64,000 bases of DNA from Heptranchias perlo (GCF_035084215.1 NC_090356.1:20708001-20772000); one strand, 5' to 3'. Counted from the stretch's first letter, positions 35,101 to 47,766 are shown. Made by a program: numbers and translations. Notes: generated by a model not told the origin, from the sequence alone.

Positions 35101-38100
35101 GAGGGGAATAAGGGGCGGATTTGGGAGGGTTAAAAACAGATTCAAAAAAGCAGTCTTTTTCCTAATTTGATTTGGAATTTCCTTGAGATGTTCTTTCTTC
35201 CTCAGCTCTGCCACCTTGCTCCTGCTCTCCCTCACTCCCTCCCTCGCGCCCTCGCTCCCTCCCTCGCGCCCTCGCTCCCTCCCTCGCGCCCTCGCTCCCT
35301 CCCTCGCTCCCTCCCTCGCGCCCTCCCTCCCTCCACTCTCTTTCTTCACTCTCTTTTACTTTTCGCTCTCTGTCTTTGCTCTTTTCTTTCTTTTTGCACT
35401 CTCACTCTTTCGCTCTCTATCTTTTTACTCTGTCTGTGTGTCTCTCTCACTTTCTCTGCCTGCCTCTTTCTCTCTGTTTGTGTGTGTCTCTCTCTCTGTC
35501 TCCCGTTCTCCCCCTCTCTCTCTGTTTTGTTCTATGTTAGAAAGCTCCTGAGTTTCTCTGGACCAGCTGGGGGAGGGACAGGAGCACCTTGCAGTTTAGT
35601 CACAGCCTTGAGTTCAACAGCAGGTCAGCCGAGTGCTGATGATTTCATTAATCTTGTTTACCACTTAGAGGAAATACTCGTTGGGAGGGGGGGGGGGGAG
35701 GAGGGGGGAGAGGGGGAGGGGGGAGGGCTGGCGTGCAGTGGGGGGAGTGGGTTGGAGCCAGGGATCCATTCCACTCCATTCAGACCACTGCGGACGGCCG
35801 CCAACCCCTCCTTTAAAGACACGAACAGGGACCTCGTCGTAGGGTAAGCCAAATCTTTTTGATCAGTTACGAGAGACGTAAGACGTTCTGTAAATAAACT
35901 TAAACCGAAGGAGGGCACCTCGTAACGCTGGGTTATTGAGCCAGAAAACTCAGCGAAGGCTGAGAATATTTTAAGGTGTCACTGTAGAAGCATGTATAGT
36001 CTTTATTTTGCAATTGTATATATTTAAGGGAAGGGCTATATAGTCTTGGTAAATTAATTTTAGAATTCCAGTAAATCTGGATGCTCCCAATGGATTCCCT
36101 TTCCTCCCCGGAAAGCGCTGGCTCTTCCCAGGGGTCCACAGGCCCCAGCCACCCGTTGGTACCTCACCAGTAGAAATTGGAAGGCTATTTGACTGTGTCG
36201 GACCTCACCACTGAACTTGATCCAGTGTAGGCCTAATGTTTGTCCACGGCCAATACCTTATCTTGAAGGGGTGGCTGGATAGCGATCAGGAGTTGGGAGC
36301 TCGGGCTGATTCCCTTTCCTACCCTCAGGCTATTGAGACCGATTGTAAGCATCTTAACAGCTGACGTGACCGAGATCAGCTAATTCATCACAGTCCAGGG
36401 ACGAGCCTCGATTGTGGTCTGTATGGAGCGGTGCCACACTGGGCAGCGGATTTACCAAAACAGCCATTGTAGGGGGAGAGAGTCGGAGCTAAATCTGATC
36501 AGTTATCGGTGTCTCTTTGTAAGGGACCGTCCATCATTTTCTCATTTTCCTTCACAATGATAATGAATTACTCCTTTTCTTAACTTTCCTCCCTTGTTTA
36601 AAAAAAACATAATTATGAAAATGGACCATTTATATGTAATTATGTTTTAAACATTATTCTCAAATACTTGTGTGATATTGTCACCATACTTAAGTTAAGG
36701 CCAGATTAACAATTATTGAGTGCTTTCTAGAATGTATTTGAGTCAAAAGTTCAAAGTGAAAAATCCCTTTGTATATCCCCACTGTGGGGCTCTTTCCACC
36801 CTCTCTCCTTCCCCCCCACCACCCAGTCCATAAACAGTAACACTGGTTTGCCCAGTGCTGGCATTGCATTCCAGTTTGAGGGGACGGGAGGGGGAGATGC
36901 AGAAGGGTGCAGTCTAACACTGCTTTCTGTTGGAGGTGACCTCTGATTGACCCTGGCTCATTGCTAACAGGCTTGGTAGTGGTGACTCCCATCTGAACCC
37001 TTCATCCCCCTCGCACAGATAACCGGCTCAAAGTCCTACACTAGATTACCGCAAATCACACCGAGGCTTTGCCACAAAGCATTGCTCTCGTGTTCTCATT
37101 CATTTTCTCGTGCTCGCTCTTTATCTCTTTCTCTTGTGCTCTCTCGCACGTGTGTACGGTGTTTGTGTTCCCTCACTCGCATTCTCGTGTCCTCTTGCTT
37201 GCTCCGAGTGTCCTCTTTCTCTCTCTCTCTCTCTCCATTTACAATCAAAATGTGAATAGAGCTTGTTTTTTTTGCCAATGTCCCCCCTTTCCACAACTCC
37301 TCAAAAATAAAGCCCATTTTGTTATGTTTTTGAAGCTCTCCCCTCAAAGCCACCCTTAACCCCTTCCTTCGCAGTGGATCTCTGCTGCTTAGTGCTGTAT
37401 AGGGAATGGCTGAAGAAAAATGAGTTCAAAAGCAAATCACCACACTGCAGCCACAGGTGGGCACAGACTGGCATCCGACTGCTCTGTTGTTTGGCATTGT
37501 TGCACCTGTGACGGAGGGGAGAATTTCTACACATGGGTGACGATGTTCATTTAGGGGCATCGGCTCTTTCGTTCTCCAGGTCACCCCACTAATTGCGTTG
37601 TGAGGCCTCCGCCGGTACAATAGGCTACCATTCACTGCTTAGACTCCCACATGAAGAATGGGCACTTGGCAGTACTGCGGGGCTTGCTGGCACTCGTAGA
37701 CTGGTCCCCCAGCACCACGCGGCATTTTTGGGGCACTTTATTCTCCTGCCCTTTTTGTAACTATAACTGATCTCTGAGAGCTTCTCCAACGTGCTCTGAA
37801 AACTCTAAACTCCGCCCGGTGTTTGCCATATCCAATGCTAAAGAAACTTAGTGCCGCAGTGGTTATAAAATGAGATCACTATACCTTCCCTATCTCTGTA
37901 ACCTCCTTCAGCCCTACAACCCTCTGAGATCTCTGCGTTCCTCCAATTCTTGCCTCTCGTGCATCCCCCGCTTCCCTCGTTCCACCATTGGCGGCCGTGC
38001 CTTCAGCTCTGGAATTCCCTCCCTAAACCTCTCCATCTCTCTACCTCTCCCTCCTCCTTTAAGACGCTCCTTAAAACCTATCTCTTTGACCAAGCCTTTG

Positions 38101-41100
38101 GTCACCTGTCCTAATATCTCCTTAGGTGGCTCAGTGTCAATTTTTTTTGTCTGGTAACACTCCTGTGAAGCACCTTGGGGCGTTTTACTAGTTAAAGGCG
38201 CTATATAAATGCAAGTTATTGTTATAAATCAAATGAAGTGACTTGCAAGACCGTCAGTGCCCTATCAAACAGCATAAAAATGATGCTTCACACCTGCTTA
38301 AGGACAATGGAAATCCCTCAGTGAGTAAATGCACTGTCCGCTTTGGTCCTGAGCAATACAAACTAGGAAGGTTCCAGGATCGATCCCCGTCTGTCCCGTG
38401 TTAACTGATCTCAGCTGGGGTGACAGTAGGGTTGCTGAAACTGGTCTTGATATCTGAGCTTCGCAAGGGCAAAATCTACCAGAATGGTACCAGGGATGAG
38501 GGACTGCAGTTTATGTGGAGAAGCAGGGAAGGTTAAGGGGAAATTTGATAGAGGTGTTCAAAATTTTGAGCGGTTTTGATGGAACAGATGGGGAGAAATT
38601 GTTTCCACTGGCAGGAGGGTCGGTAACCAGAGGACACAGATTTAAGATAATTGCCAAAAAGTTCAGGGGGAAATTAGGAGAATTTTTTTTTTTACTCAGC
38701 GAGTTGTTATGATCTGGAAGGCACTGCCTGAAAAGTTGGCAGATTCAGATTCAATAGTAACTTTCAAAAGAGAATTGGAAATACACTTGAAAAGGAAAAA
38801 TTTGCAGGGCTGTGGGGAAAGAGCAGGGCAGTGGGACTAATTGGATAGCTCTTTCAAAGGGCCGGCACAGACATGATGGGCCGAATGGTCTCCTTCTGTG
38901 CTGTATGATTCTATGGTCCCTGGGCCTGATCGGTATCTCATGATTCCTGCTGGAAAGAGCGCTGGTGAGGACTGGTTTGGGCTGCCTGTGATGCCCCTGT
39001 GGTTGAACAGCCAGTCAACGCTCACTGGGCATGCACGTGAAGAATAGTCATTTGGTTGAGATACTGGAGGGTGGTTATCGCCTGCGAAACTGCACTGCAA
39101 CATGAGTCAGGTGAGGAGGGAGAGTTGCAGGGAGTAAGGAGTGAATGGTGAAGGGTATTTTGGTTTTTCTCAGTGCTGTGCTAGGATTATCGTCTTTCGC
39201 TCTGCTTGAAAAGTGGTCCCTGGTTTGGCATCCAGCCAGCATCCCCTGAACCCGACACACTTTCAATTCAGAACTCGCTGACCATAAAATTAGGGAGGGC
39301 AGCTTCTCACTGAAGTGGAAAATCCTGCAGGGACTGCCTGCCTGCCTGCCTGCCTGACTGACTGCTCCTCCGAGCTTCCTGCCCCTTCCTTACCTCTGGG
39401 TGACCCCAGCAGATGACTGCCTGAAAGGCAGGTGAAAAAGTCAAACTGGCGGAAGGCCACAAAAACGTTTCAGCAAAACTGTCAACAGACTGTGCCCGAG
39501 CTGCTGGTCTGTCACCATAGTAACTCGTGTCAGCACTTTAACTCCGAGGGAAGTTTTCAAGCCTATTATCTAGTCGGGAGGAGGATGGGAGGTGCGGTTG
39601 GTTCAGATGACAGGAATGAAACTCCATCATGTCTCTGAAGGCTGTTATAATCCCAAACTTGACCAGCAAGCTCAGAGCCCTTCCCGGGACATTGTATCTT
39701 GCAGTGAACCAGACCTTTCGCAACCTTGGCATCCTATTTGACCCTGAGATGAGCTTCCGACCACATGTCCGCTCCATCACCAAGACCGCCCACTTCCACC
39801 TCCGTAACATTGCTTGTCTCTGCCCCTGCCTCAACCCACCTGCTGCTGAAATCCTCATCCACACCTTTGTTACCTTCAGACTTGACTATTCCAATGCTCT
39901 CCCATCTTCGACATTCCGTAAACTTGAGCTCATCCAAAACTCTTCTGCCCGTATCTTAACTCGTGCCAAGTCCCGTTCACCCATCACCCCTGTTCTCGCT
40001 GACCCACATTGGCTTCCGGTCCGGCAATGCCATCTTAAAATTCTCATCCTTGTTTTCAAATCCCTCTATGGCCTCGCCCCTCCGTATCTCTGTAACCTCC
40101 TCCAGCCCTACAACCCTCCGAGATCTCTGCGCTCCTCCAATTCTGGCCTCTTGAGCATCCCCGATTTTAATCACTCCACCATTGGCAGCTGTGCCTTCAG
40201 CTGCCTAGGCCCTAAACTCTGGAATTCCCTCCCCAAACCTCTCCTCCTCTCTCCTCCTTTAAGACGCTCTTTAAGACCTACCTCTTTGACCAAGCTTTTG
40301 GTCACCTGTCCTAATATCTCCTTAAGTGGCTCGCTATCAAATTTTGTTTGATGACGCTCCTGTGAAGCATCATGGGATGTTATACTACGTTAAAGGCGCT
40401 ATATAAATGCAAGTTGTTGTAAATATTCAAGTTTAATTCTGTGATTGGTTTTCAAAAGACTTTTTTCATCTGTGGCATTGTCTGTTGTGTGAATTTGTTT
40501 AGATGCATTTAAGGGGAAGCTGGATAAAGACAAAGGCAGAGGAGTAAATATGACTCCCTTAAGTGATGCAGTAAGATGATCTCAGTTGTTTATCGAAACA
40601 GCAGTTGAGCAGTGAAGGGGTTAACCGGTTGAGGTCTGTAATTCTGACTCTCTGGCAGCCTATGGTTGTAGAAACCAATGAAAGGGATGTTGTCTCTTTG
40701 AGGAACTTCTCATTTATCTTTGTGTTAACTACACAGCATCACCTCGTCACTGGTCCGTGTGAGGGCTGTGGCTGTTGCATAACACGGCCTACTGCCCCTC
40801 GCATGAACCTTCCAGAACTTCAACCCACAAGATGCTTAGAGACACTGTTCTCTCCCCCCTGCCCTCATCTCGGTGTGTTCCTGTGTACACTACACTGCAG
40901 TTACAAATTACATCCCCTCTCGGGCTGTCAGGATTGCTTCCTTTTCCAATCCTGCATAAAGCCTGTTAAATATCTATCAGTCTGATTCCCATGACGATTT
41001 AAAGGGGCCTTGTCCCTGTTTAGAGGGCGGGCACCTCGTTCTACCAGACTTGTAGACTGATGATGTGATTAAGTCGTCGCTCTTTGACTAAATGGGTAAG

Positions 41101-44100
41101 TGCACTGCCGGGTGTGATACTGAGCCACATTCCCCGGAACGGGCCCTCCGATTTCATCCCTGGTCTGTGCTGAGTTAACTGATTATAGCCGAGGCAGCAG
41201 GTGAGCTGCAGTTGTCCTTTGAGAGCAGGTGGGATGTTCCCACCCCCATCTGGATACCAGCAACCGCTGCTGGAAAGTACACGTGTGTGCATGCTGGGTG
41301 AGGCCTGTGATGCCTCCCAAGGCCGAGCAGCCTCCCACCACTCACTGTCTAGGCTCACAATGAATAGTGCCCATGAGGGTGCGATACCCGGGGGTTTGTA
41401 GTGCCCATTGAACTTTAACCCAGCAGGAATCAGCAGACATTAAACTGTTTAAAGAAGCACATTTTAAAAAAAAATCAGTCTTTTATCTCATTTGATAATT
41501 GTGGGATCTTGCTGTGTGGAGATTGGCTGCCACGTTTGCCTACATAATGAAGGTGGCTGCACTTCAGAAAGTAACTTCTTGGATGATTCCCCGATCCTGC
41601 GCGCCAAGGGGGGAATGGCTGTCACAATCGCCAGGCCACAGCCTGTGGTTTTCCAACACACCCTCCCCTGAAATGCTGGATTGCAGAATCCCCCCACCAC
41701 CACCTCCACCGAGAAGCGCCTTGGAATGTCCTGAGGATGAGAAGGCGCTATGTGAATTCAAGGAGGGAGAGAAATGGAAATAATGGGGGTTCTGACTGAC
41801 CAACTGTCATTCTCTTCTTGCAGATCATTATTTGGGGTCGGACAGAGAAGTGTCTGAAGGAGGCCTGTGAAGAGATTCGGAGCCTGGGCGTAGAGTGTCA
41901 CTACTTTGTCTGCGATGTAGGCAACAAAGAGGAAGTTTACCAACAAGCCAAGGCTGTACGGGAGAAGGTGGGTCTCTACCAGCAACACTCCTGCAATCTA
42001 TGATGTGTTTACAAGCCAGTGACTATTCTTCGGCTGTAGGTAGACCTGGGCAAGTAAAGTCCTGTAAGGTTTTAATGTGAGCTGTTAAACCAAGGCCCAG
42101 TCTGTCTGTTCCGATGGATGTTTAAAGATTCTATGGCATTATTTTAAGAGCAGGGAGTTCTCCTGGTGTCCTGGCCACCATTCAAAGCTCAGAGGGCGTA
42201 AGCAAGCATTACCTCACTGAGAAAATGGTCGGCTTTTGGAATAGCTCATCAAAGGGCAAAGAGCTTGAAACTCTACAAGATCAAATTGGACAAATATCTC
42301 CGTGCAATACAACTGTTAGCACGGCAGGAGAGCAGGATGGATGGCCGTCTGGTTGATGCCCATCTTCAGATTTTCTCTCTGAAAGACTGATCATTCATCT
42401 CAGTGTTGTTTGTGGGATCTTGCTGTGTGCAGAATGGCTGCTACACTTCCCTTTAAAAACACTGCACTTTAAATTAACGGATTTTGAGGTGTGACTAGAT
42501 GCTGTATAAATGGAAATAGTTTTTGATGCTAATCTTTGAAGATTTGATAATCTTTGTCTGGAGTGCGTGTTCAAGCCCCTCGTATTGAATGCTATTTTTA
42601 AACGTGAGGGATGAAACGTTTGTGAGAAATCACTTTGTTTGTGTGCAGGTGGGTGATGTCACCATTCTGGTGAACAATGCTGCAGTGGTTCATGGGAAGA
42701 CTCTGATAGACAGCGATGATGATGCTCTCCTGAAATCCCAGCATATCAACACGCTCGGCCAGTTCTGGGTCAGTACAAGACCTCTTTGCATCTCCTAGAT
42801 AACTCCAGGATTCATCTTTATTGCAAACTTAGTTACCTTCTTGGTCTCCCCTCTCCTGTCTCATTACTCTGCTGTTTTATCACCAAAGCTTCTGGTAGAA
42901 TGAGACTCTACAATCTGTTTGTAAATCCCAATGGCACAATCCAGGATAAGCCACTCCCAGCGTGTGTCACACACCAACACACAAGCATTATAATCGATGC
43001 TTCAGTGCAGTACCGAGGGAGTGCTGCATTGTCAGAGATGAAATGTTAAACCAAGGCCCCCTCTGCCTGTTCAGGTGGATGTTAAAGATCCCATGGCAGT
43101 ATTTGAAGAAAAGCAGGGAGTTTTTTTCCCGGTGTCCTGATCAAGATTCCTCCCTCAACCAACACTGCATCTTCATTGTTGTTTGTGGGATCTTGATGTG
43201 TAAAAATTGTTTTACCCATGTTTACCTCCAAAACAGTCACCACATTTCAAAAAATTCACTGTGTGAAGTATTTTGAGATATTTTGACAATCTGTTAAGAT
43301 GCTATATAAATGCAAGGATCTCGTTTTAAAGTTCACCCCTATATTTCTGAATTCTGCTGCCTGCATTTGGCCTCCTGATTATAAAGGAGATCCTGGTAAA
43401 TTCCAGCAGCCAACCTTGGACTGGGCATCATCTCCTTCCCCCCCCTCACTCCTCACTCAAATCATAGATTTTTTAAAAACGTAATTTTATATTAAAACAA
43501 AATGCTGTCTGTCTTGTGGGAGCATCTGTCTGGACTTAAATCCAGTCCAGCCCAGACAGGTGACGTTCTCTCTCTGATGGAGGATGGGGCTGGTGCAGTC
43601 AGTTAGGATGTGGCTTTTTTCACCTCTGACTTGGTTTGAGCCCAGTACAAGGGGAGTGGGAGGGGGCAGTGCTCCCTCATTCAGATTTATGTTTTGAAAA
43701 TCCACTGGCAACTGCCACACAACTGTTGCCCCAATTCAGAACTGACAGTAACGCAATTAAATTTGATGCAAAAACCACCAAGTTTAATCCAGAAGCCAGA
43801 ATGAAATGATTAAATCTGAAAATCCTCCTTGAGTAATTCTATTTTTCCATCACTCCCACCCAGACAACAAAGGCTTTCTTGCCTCGGATGCTAGAACTGC
43901 AGCACGGGCACATTGTGTGCATGAACTCTGTGCTGGCACTGTCTGCCATCCCGGGTGCCATCGATTACTGCACCTCCAAATCCTCCTCCTTCGCGTTCAT
44001 GGAGAGTCTGACACTGGGCCTCCTCGACTGTCCTGGGGTCAATGCCACCACAGTGCTACCGTTTCACACCAGCACAGAGATGTTTCATGGGATGAAGACA

Positions 44101-47100
44101 AGGTCAGTGCTGAGGATAATGTTTCTGTACCCGGTTACTGTAGAGATTGTTGATCGACATTCTTTTATCAGGAAGGCCGGGTGAAGGATGAAGGCCTGCA
44201 GTGCAGGATCACCGCAGCTGCAGAGTAGGAGAGAGATGTGGTGATTCTTTCACACCAGGCTTTGCTTACCTAATAATGACTGCACTTCAAAAGTAATCCA
44301 CTGATTGTAAAACACATTGGGATCTCCTGCTGCGACGAGCTGCTTTATAAATAGAAGTTCTTCCTTTAAAAGTCTGTAGGTTGTGGGAGGTAAGGAGGAT
44401 TGAAGGAGGCAAGGGATTTTACAGTGTTGAGGCACCTAGAAAAGAATGAGTCGGAGTAGGAGACAGGATATAGAGAAGAGAAAGAGCTCGTACTGCAGTG
44501 TATTTGGAGCTCAGGAGGGAAAAGAGAGGAAAGCTCAGAGGAGCACCTAGTAGTATTTCAATAAAATAGATGTAAACGTGACTGCTATGGGAGAGAAATG
44601 AGGGAAGAACCAATAATACAACAACAAGCTGCGTTTCTACCTGGTCCAGTACTGTGGTGTGTTATGTCGACTGATAAGATTCAGTCTTCAGCGTGAAGCA
44701 CATCAAAACCACTCACAGGAGCATAGGAACAGGAGTAGGCCATTCAGCCCCTTGAGCCTGTTCCGCAATTCAGTTAGATCATGGCTAAACTGTATCTTAA
44801 CTCCATCTACCCACTTTGGTTCTATAACCCTTAACACCCTTGTTAGAAATTGAACAGTTTGGAATGAACTGCTCAGCTTTAACATCCTTTTGGTGTGTTC
44901 CGGTTTCCACAGATGGTTTTTATGAGGCTAATGGTGTGATTGGGTTACAGTGGCAGTAATTGCATCCATTGATCGCTGGAGCAGTGTTGATTTCAAGTAT
45001 TAATCCAGTCAGTATCCGGGAGATCACCACCAGGAGGCCTGAACCTGCCCTCAACCTTTGCTCCTTTTCCACTGAATAGTGCTCAGGCTGGGCCCTCCCT
45101 AACTCGTGGAGGCCGAGTCCAATGGTAGGTCCCCAGGCTGCGAGCAGCTGATTGAACCTGGGAGACTGGGCTCAGGTATTGGTAAGTGGCACACCAGGCA
45201 GTGCACATTACTGGCTCACCCAGTGAGGGAGCTGCAACTGTACAACGTTGGAACGTGACCCAAGGCTAGAAATTAGGGCAGTGAGTGGGCTGGAACTCTA
45301 GTGCTATTAATGCGGGTGGGCAGGGGGGGCAACGGAGGCTGCTGGCAACTTGAAGTGGAACCCTCACCCACCGGTTTTATGCCCTCAAGTTCCAGAGAAA
45401 TTTTGCCTGCCCCCCGTTATGTTCAGAAACCTTGTTGACAGCATGTCTGGTGGCGTTCCTGGGTTTCCATGGGAATCCTGCCCAAAGTGCCCGATAGGCC
45501 CAGCGAGATCTATATCTGTTGAAAGCAGGCATAAGTTCCATTCTGGGCCCCCATCATTGCTGAAAAACAACTAGCTTTACAAAGCTGCTCGTCTGTTTTC
45601 TGAGGGAAATGTACATGCAGTGGCAGGGTGCTGCTCAGAGTGCCATCTCCTCAGTGGAGTGGGTGCCTTTGTTGTGCTCGTACAGATGCCAGCACCTGCC
45701 CTGAATATTTAAGTGACCCCCCACCCTCAGTCGGGTGGGTCAGTGGCAGGTCAAAGCGACGGGTGGGAGGGTGGAAGCACTTCTGTCCTCGCAAAAGGAG
45801 TCCGCAGACTTTCCAGCCTTCGCTCTTTAAGAACCATTTCCTGTGGAATCGTGTTTTGAACCCCAGTGTGGTGCTAGACTGAAGGGACGTGGGTTCATCC
45901 TCGCTCTGCCTACCTCCCAAGATGCTGAGAGCCCAGCTTCGTGCCAGGCACGGAGATCTGATCACTTGGTGTATTGATTTGATTTTTCTGCTGTAGGTTT
46001 CCAAAGCTGTTCCCACCCCTAAAACCGGACACCGTTGCACGCCGGACAGTGGAAGCGGTGCGGACTAACCAGGCCCTCCTACTGCTACCCTGGACCATGC
46101 ACTTACTCGTCATCATGAAAAGGTGAGTTCAGTTCAAAGTCTTGCCTGTATCACTCCCTCCAAACTGCAGCTATTCTGCCTTGAAAGGGGCCCTCATAGA
46201 GGTGTGTATATAATAAGTATTTAAAGAAGGTACTTCAGTACTTGAAGCCAAAACCATGAGGCAAGAGGAGATACAAATTCAAACAGGCAAAAGGCAAATT
46301 TAGGTCTGATCTTCACACTGAGTGATCAATGCAAGGAATGGACGACTGCGTTTTGGAATAATTTAAAGAAAAAGGTGGTGGGGGGGGGGGGGGGGGGGGA
46401 AGGAGAGGGGCTGCAGCTTTCCTCTGGATGGAAGAGTTGGAGGGGGCCTCCCTTATCTAGATTTATCTAGTGATCTTAGAGAAAGAAAGTAAAAGTTGTC
46501 TGGAGTTCAGATGGACTAAAGAGCTGCAGTACCCTTTACATAATTGGATACCACCCACAGCGCAGCTACTATGGGTCTCTCATCACTGACAGCCTGCGAA
46601 GGTCACAAGTGAAATGAGTTTGTGATGACATTTTCTGTCAAGCTTCCAGGGGCCGGCTCCGTACGAAAGTAGGCCAGAGTGACTCAAAGAAAATTCACTG
46701 CATACAAGTAATTGACAAAGCTTTAATTGGAGGGTGATGTAACCAGTTTATGATGTTCACTTCATGCTTAACTCTTTTTAAGAATGGGTCAGTTGGTAAA
46801 TGCATCAAATTTGAAACCTGACCACACAGCCCAGGAAGGCTCAGTCCTGGTGCTTGCTGAGTTAGGTGGGGTGTTGAGGTGGCCTTGGCTGTGGGAGGGA
46901 GGAAATCAGCAAGGGTTACTACTATCTGGTGGACTGCACTGGAAAGTGTGGGCGTGTGCGGTTATTGGGAATAAGGATTGGACCTTGCTCGGCTGTGATA
47001 TCCCTCACAATCTGATATCCAACATTGCCCAGGCTCACTCATGAAGAAAGACTAATTGGGTAAGCTACAGAGAGCAGCCAGCACCTATGGGACTATAGCC

Positions 47101-47766
47101 CAGAAACCCAGTAAAAGTGAGAACTTTTAGACGAGGGGAGAAAACAGGAAAGCAAAATAGTGCTGAGTTAAACCACTGCCACTTGCCTTGGTGGTGGGAG
47201 ATTGTGGGTTTAAGCCCTACTTCAGGACTTGAGCACATAATCTAGACTAACACTCCAGAGTGATACTGAGGGAGTGCTCCATTGTTGTGATAAAGTAAGG
47301 CTCCCTCTATTTACTCAGGTGGCATTACAAATCCCATGGTGCTAACAAGGAACGGGAAGTTCTGGTGTCCTGGACAACATCCCTCCCTCAAATCGACACC
47401 ACCAAAAAACATACTAACTGGTCATTCAGCTCATTCGCTGTTTGTGGGGGCTTGCTTTGTGAAAATAGCCTCTGTATTTGCCTGCACAACAGTGAGTGCA
47501 CATTGATTTAACTCATTGTACGTGAAGCATCTTGGGATAATCCCAAGTGAGGTGAATTTTCGTGGTGTCCAGTTTAATTACAGTTGTTAAAATGCAGCAG
47601 CTGTTTGGGGAAACATAACAATTTAAAAAAAAACAGAACTCTTTTTGAACTTCCTTTTTCTCTCCCCACTCTCGCCTGCAGTATCCTCCCACAAACGGCC
47701 TTGGAAGAGATTTACAGGTTTACCGGAAGCTACGCTTGTATGAACAGCTTCAAAGGGCGAACATAA
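28991..47766 (+). CDS. DHRS3: Short-chain dehydrogenase/reductase 3 (retinaldehyde reductase, retSDR1): join(28991..29185,41824..41967,42649..42768,43864..44102,45997..46122,47682..47766), 909 nt, 302 aa
   Basis: Spliced ORF with TGGGRGIG cofactor motif, NNAAV, YCTSK catalytic motif and C-terminal MNSFKGRT*. Length 302 aa equals my recollection of human DHRS3. An in-frame ATG at 28979 would add MSPE. Confidence 0.97.
30908..31260. repeat. GC-rich compound minisatellite (GTACCCTGGTCCTGGGGACCT / GTACCCCAGCCC units)
   Basis: About 7 imperfect higher-order units in DHRS3 intron 1. Confidence 0.92.
32690..33163 (+). mobile_element. Full-length SacSINE1-like SINE in DHRS3 intron 1
   Basis: Complete head, core and tail. 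Confidence 0.85.
33615..34022 (+). mobile_element. Second, older tRNA-headed SINE-like family (other copies at about 1845-2050, 11830-12790, 15075-15320, 41090-41440, 46785-47150, 49945-50480, 53660-53990)
   Basis: Recurrent blocks agaccaggaaggtccc, ctgtgctgagttagctgatctcagc, gaatagcctgc, tgaagaatggccac; family name not recognised. Confidence 0.65.
34772..35038 (-). mobile_element. L2 LINE 3' end
   Basis: (CAA)n tail, ggacaggtgaccaaaagcttgg. Confidence 0.8.
35225..35525. repeat. (CCCTCGCK)n microsatellite and CT-rich polypyrimidine tract
   Basis: Direct reading. Confidence 0.85.
35611..35627 (+). promoter_or_regulatory. DR5 retinoic acid response element AGTTCA-acagc-AGGTCA
   Basis: Exact RGKTCA-N5-RGKTCA match in non-repetitive DHRS3 intron 1. 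Confidence 0.75.
36937..36953 (-). promoter_or_regulatory. DR5 retinoic acid response element GGGTCA-atcag-AGGTCA
   Basis: Plus strand TGACCTctgatTGACCC in DHRS3 intron 1; a one-mismatch DR5 follows at 36983-36999. Confidence 0.75.
37880..38225 (+). mobile_element. L2 LINE 3' end
   Basis: [19 protein letters not shown]...GGRAFS. Confidence 0.85.
38480..38915 (+). mobile_element. CR1 LINE 3' end
   Basis: [12 protein letters not shown]...[13 protein letters not shown]. Confidence 0.85.
39700..40420 (+). mobile_element. L2 LINE 3' fragment
   Basis: [13 protein letters not shown]...RLDYSNAL...IQNSSAR...HWLPV. Confidence 0.9.
41824..41967 (+). CDS. DHRS3: DHRS3 exon 2 ([11 protein letters not shown]...AVREK)
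   Basis: ttcttgcag|ATC ... AAG|GTGGGT, 144 nt. Confidence 0.96.
42649..42768 (+). CDS. DHRS3: DHRS3 exon 3 ([14 protein letters not shown]...GQFW)
   Basis: gtgcag|GTG ... TGG|GTCAGT, 120 nt. Confidence 0.96.
43000..43320 (+). mobile_element. SacSINE1-like SINE, diverged
   Basis: Core caggtggatgttaaagatcccatggc and tail. Confidence 0.7.
43864..44102 (+). CDS. DHRS3: DHRS3 exon 4 ([10 protein letters not shown]...YCTSK...GMKT)
   Basis: cccag|ACA ... AG|GTCAGT, 239 nt, catalytic YxxxK. Confidence 0.96.
45737..45753 (+). promoter_or_regulatory. DR5 element GGGTCA-gtggc-AGGTCA in DHRS3 intron 4
   Basis: Exact consensus match; may lie within a DNA-transposon-like remnant. Confidence 0.55.
45997..46122 (+). 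CDS. DHRS3: DHRS3 exon 5 ([21 protein letters not shown]...VIMK)
   Basis: ctgtag|G ... AG|GTGAGT, 126 nt; not in the ORF track. Confidence 0.95.
47160..47550 (+). mobile_element. Diverged DeuSINE copy
   Basis: Degenerate head and core. Confidence 0.6.
47682..47766 (+). CDS. DHRS3: DHRS3 exon 6 coding part ([27 protein letters not shown])
   Basis: Polypyrimidine tract + ctgcag|T; TAA at 47764-47766. Confidence 0.96.

Noticed and set aside
35167-35847. 226-aa ORF in DHRS3 intron 1
   Set aside because: Low-complexity CT/GA repeats with a non-ATG start
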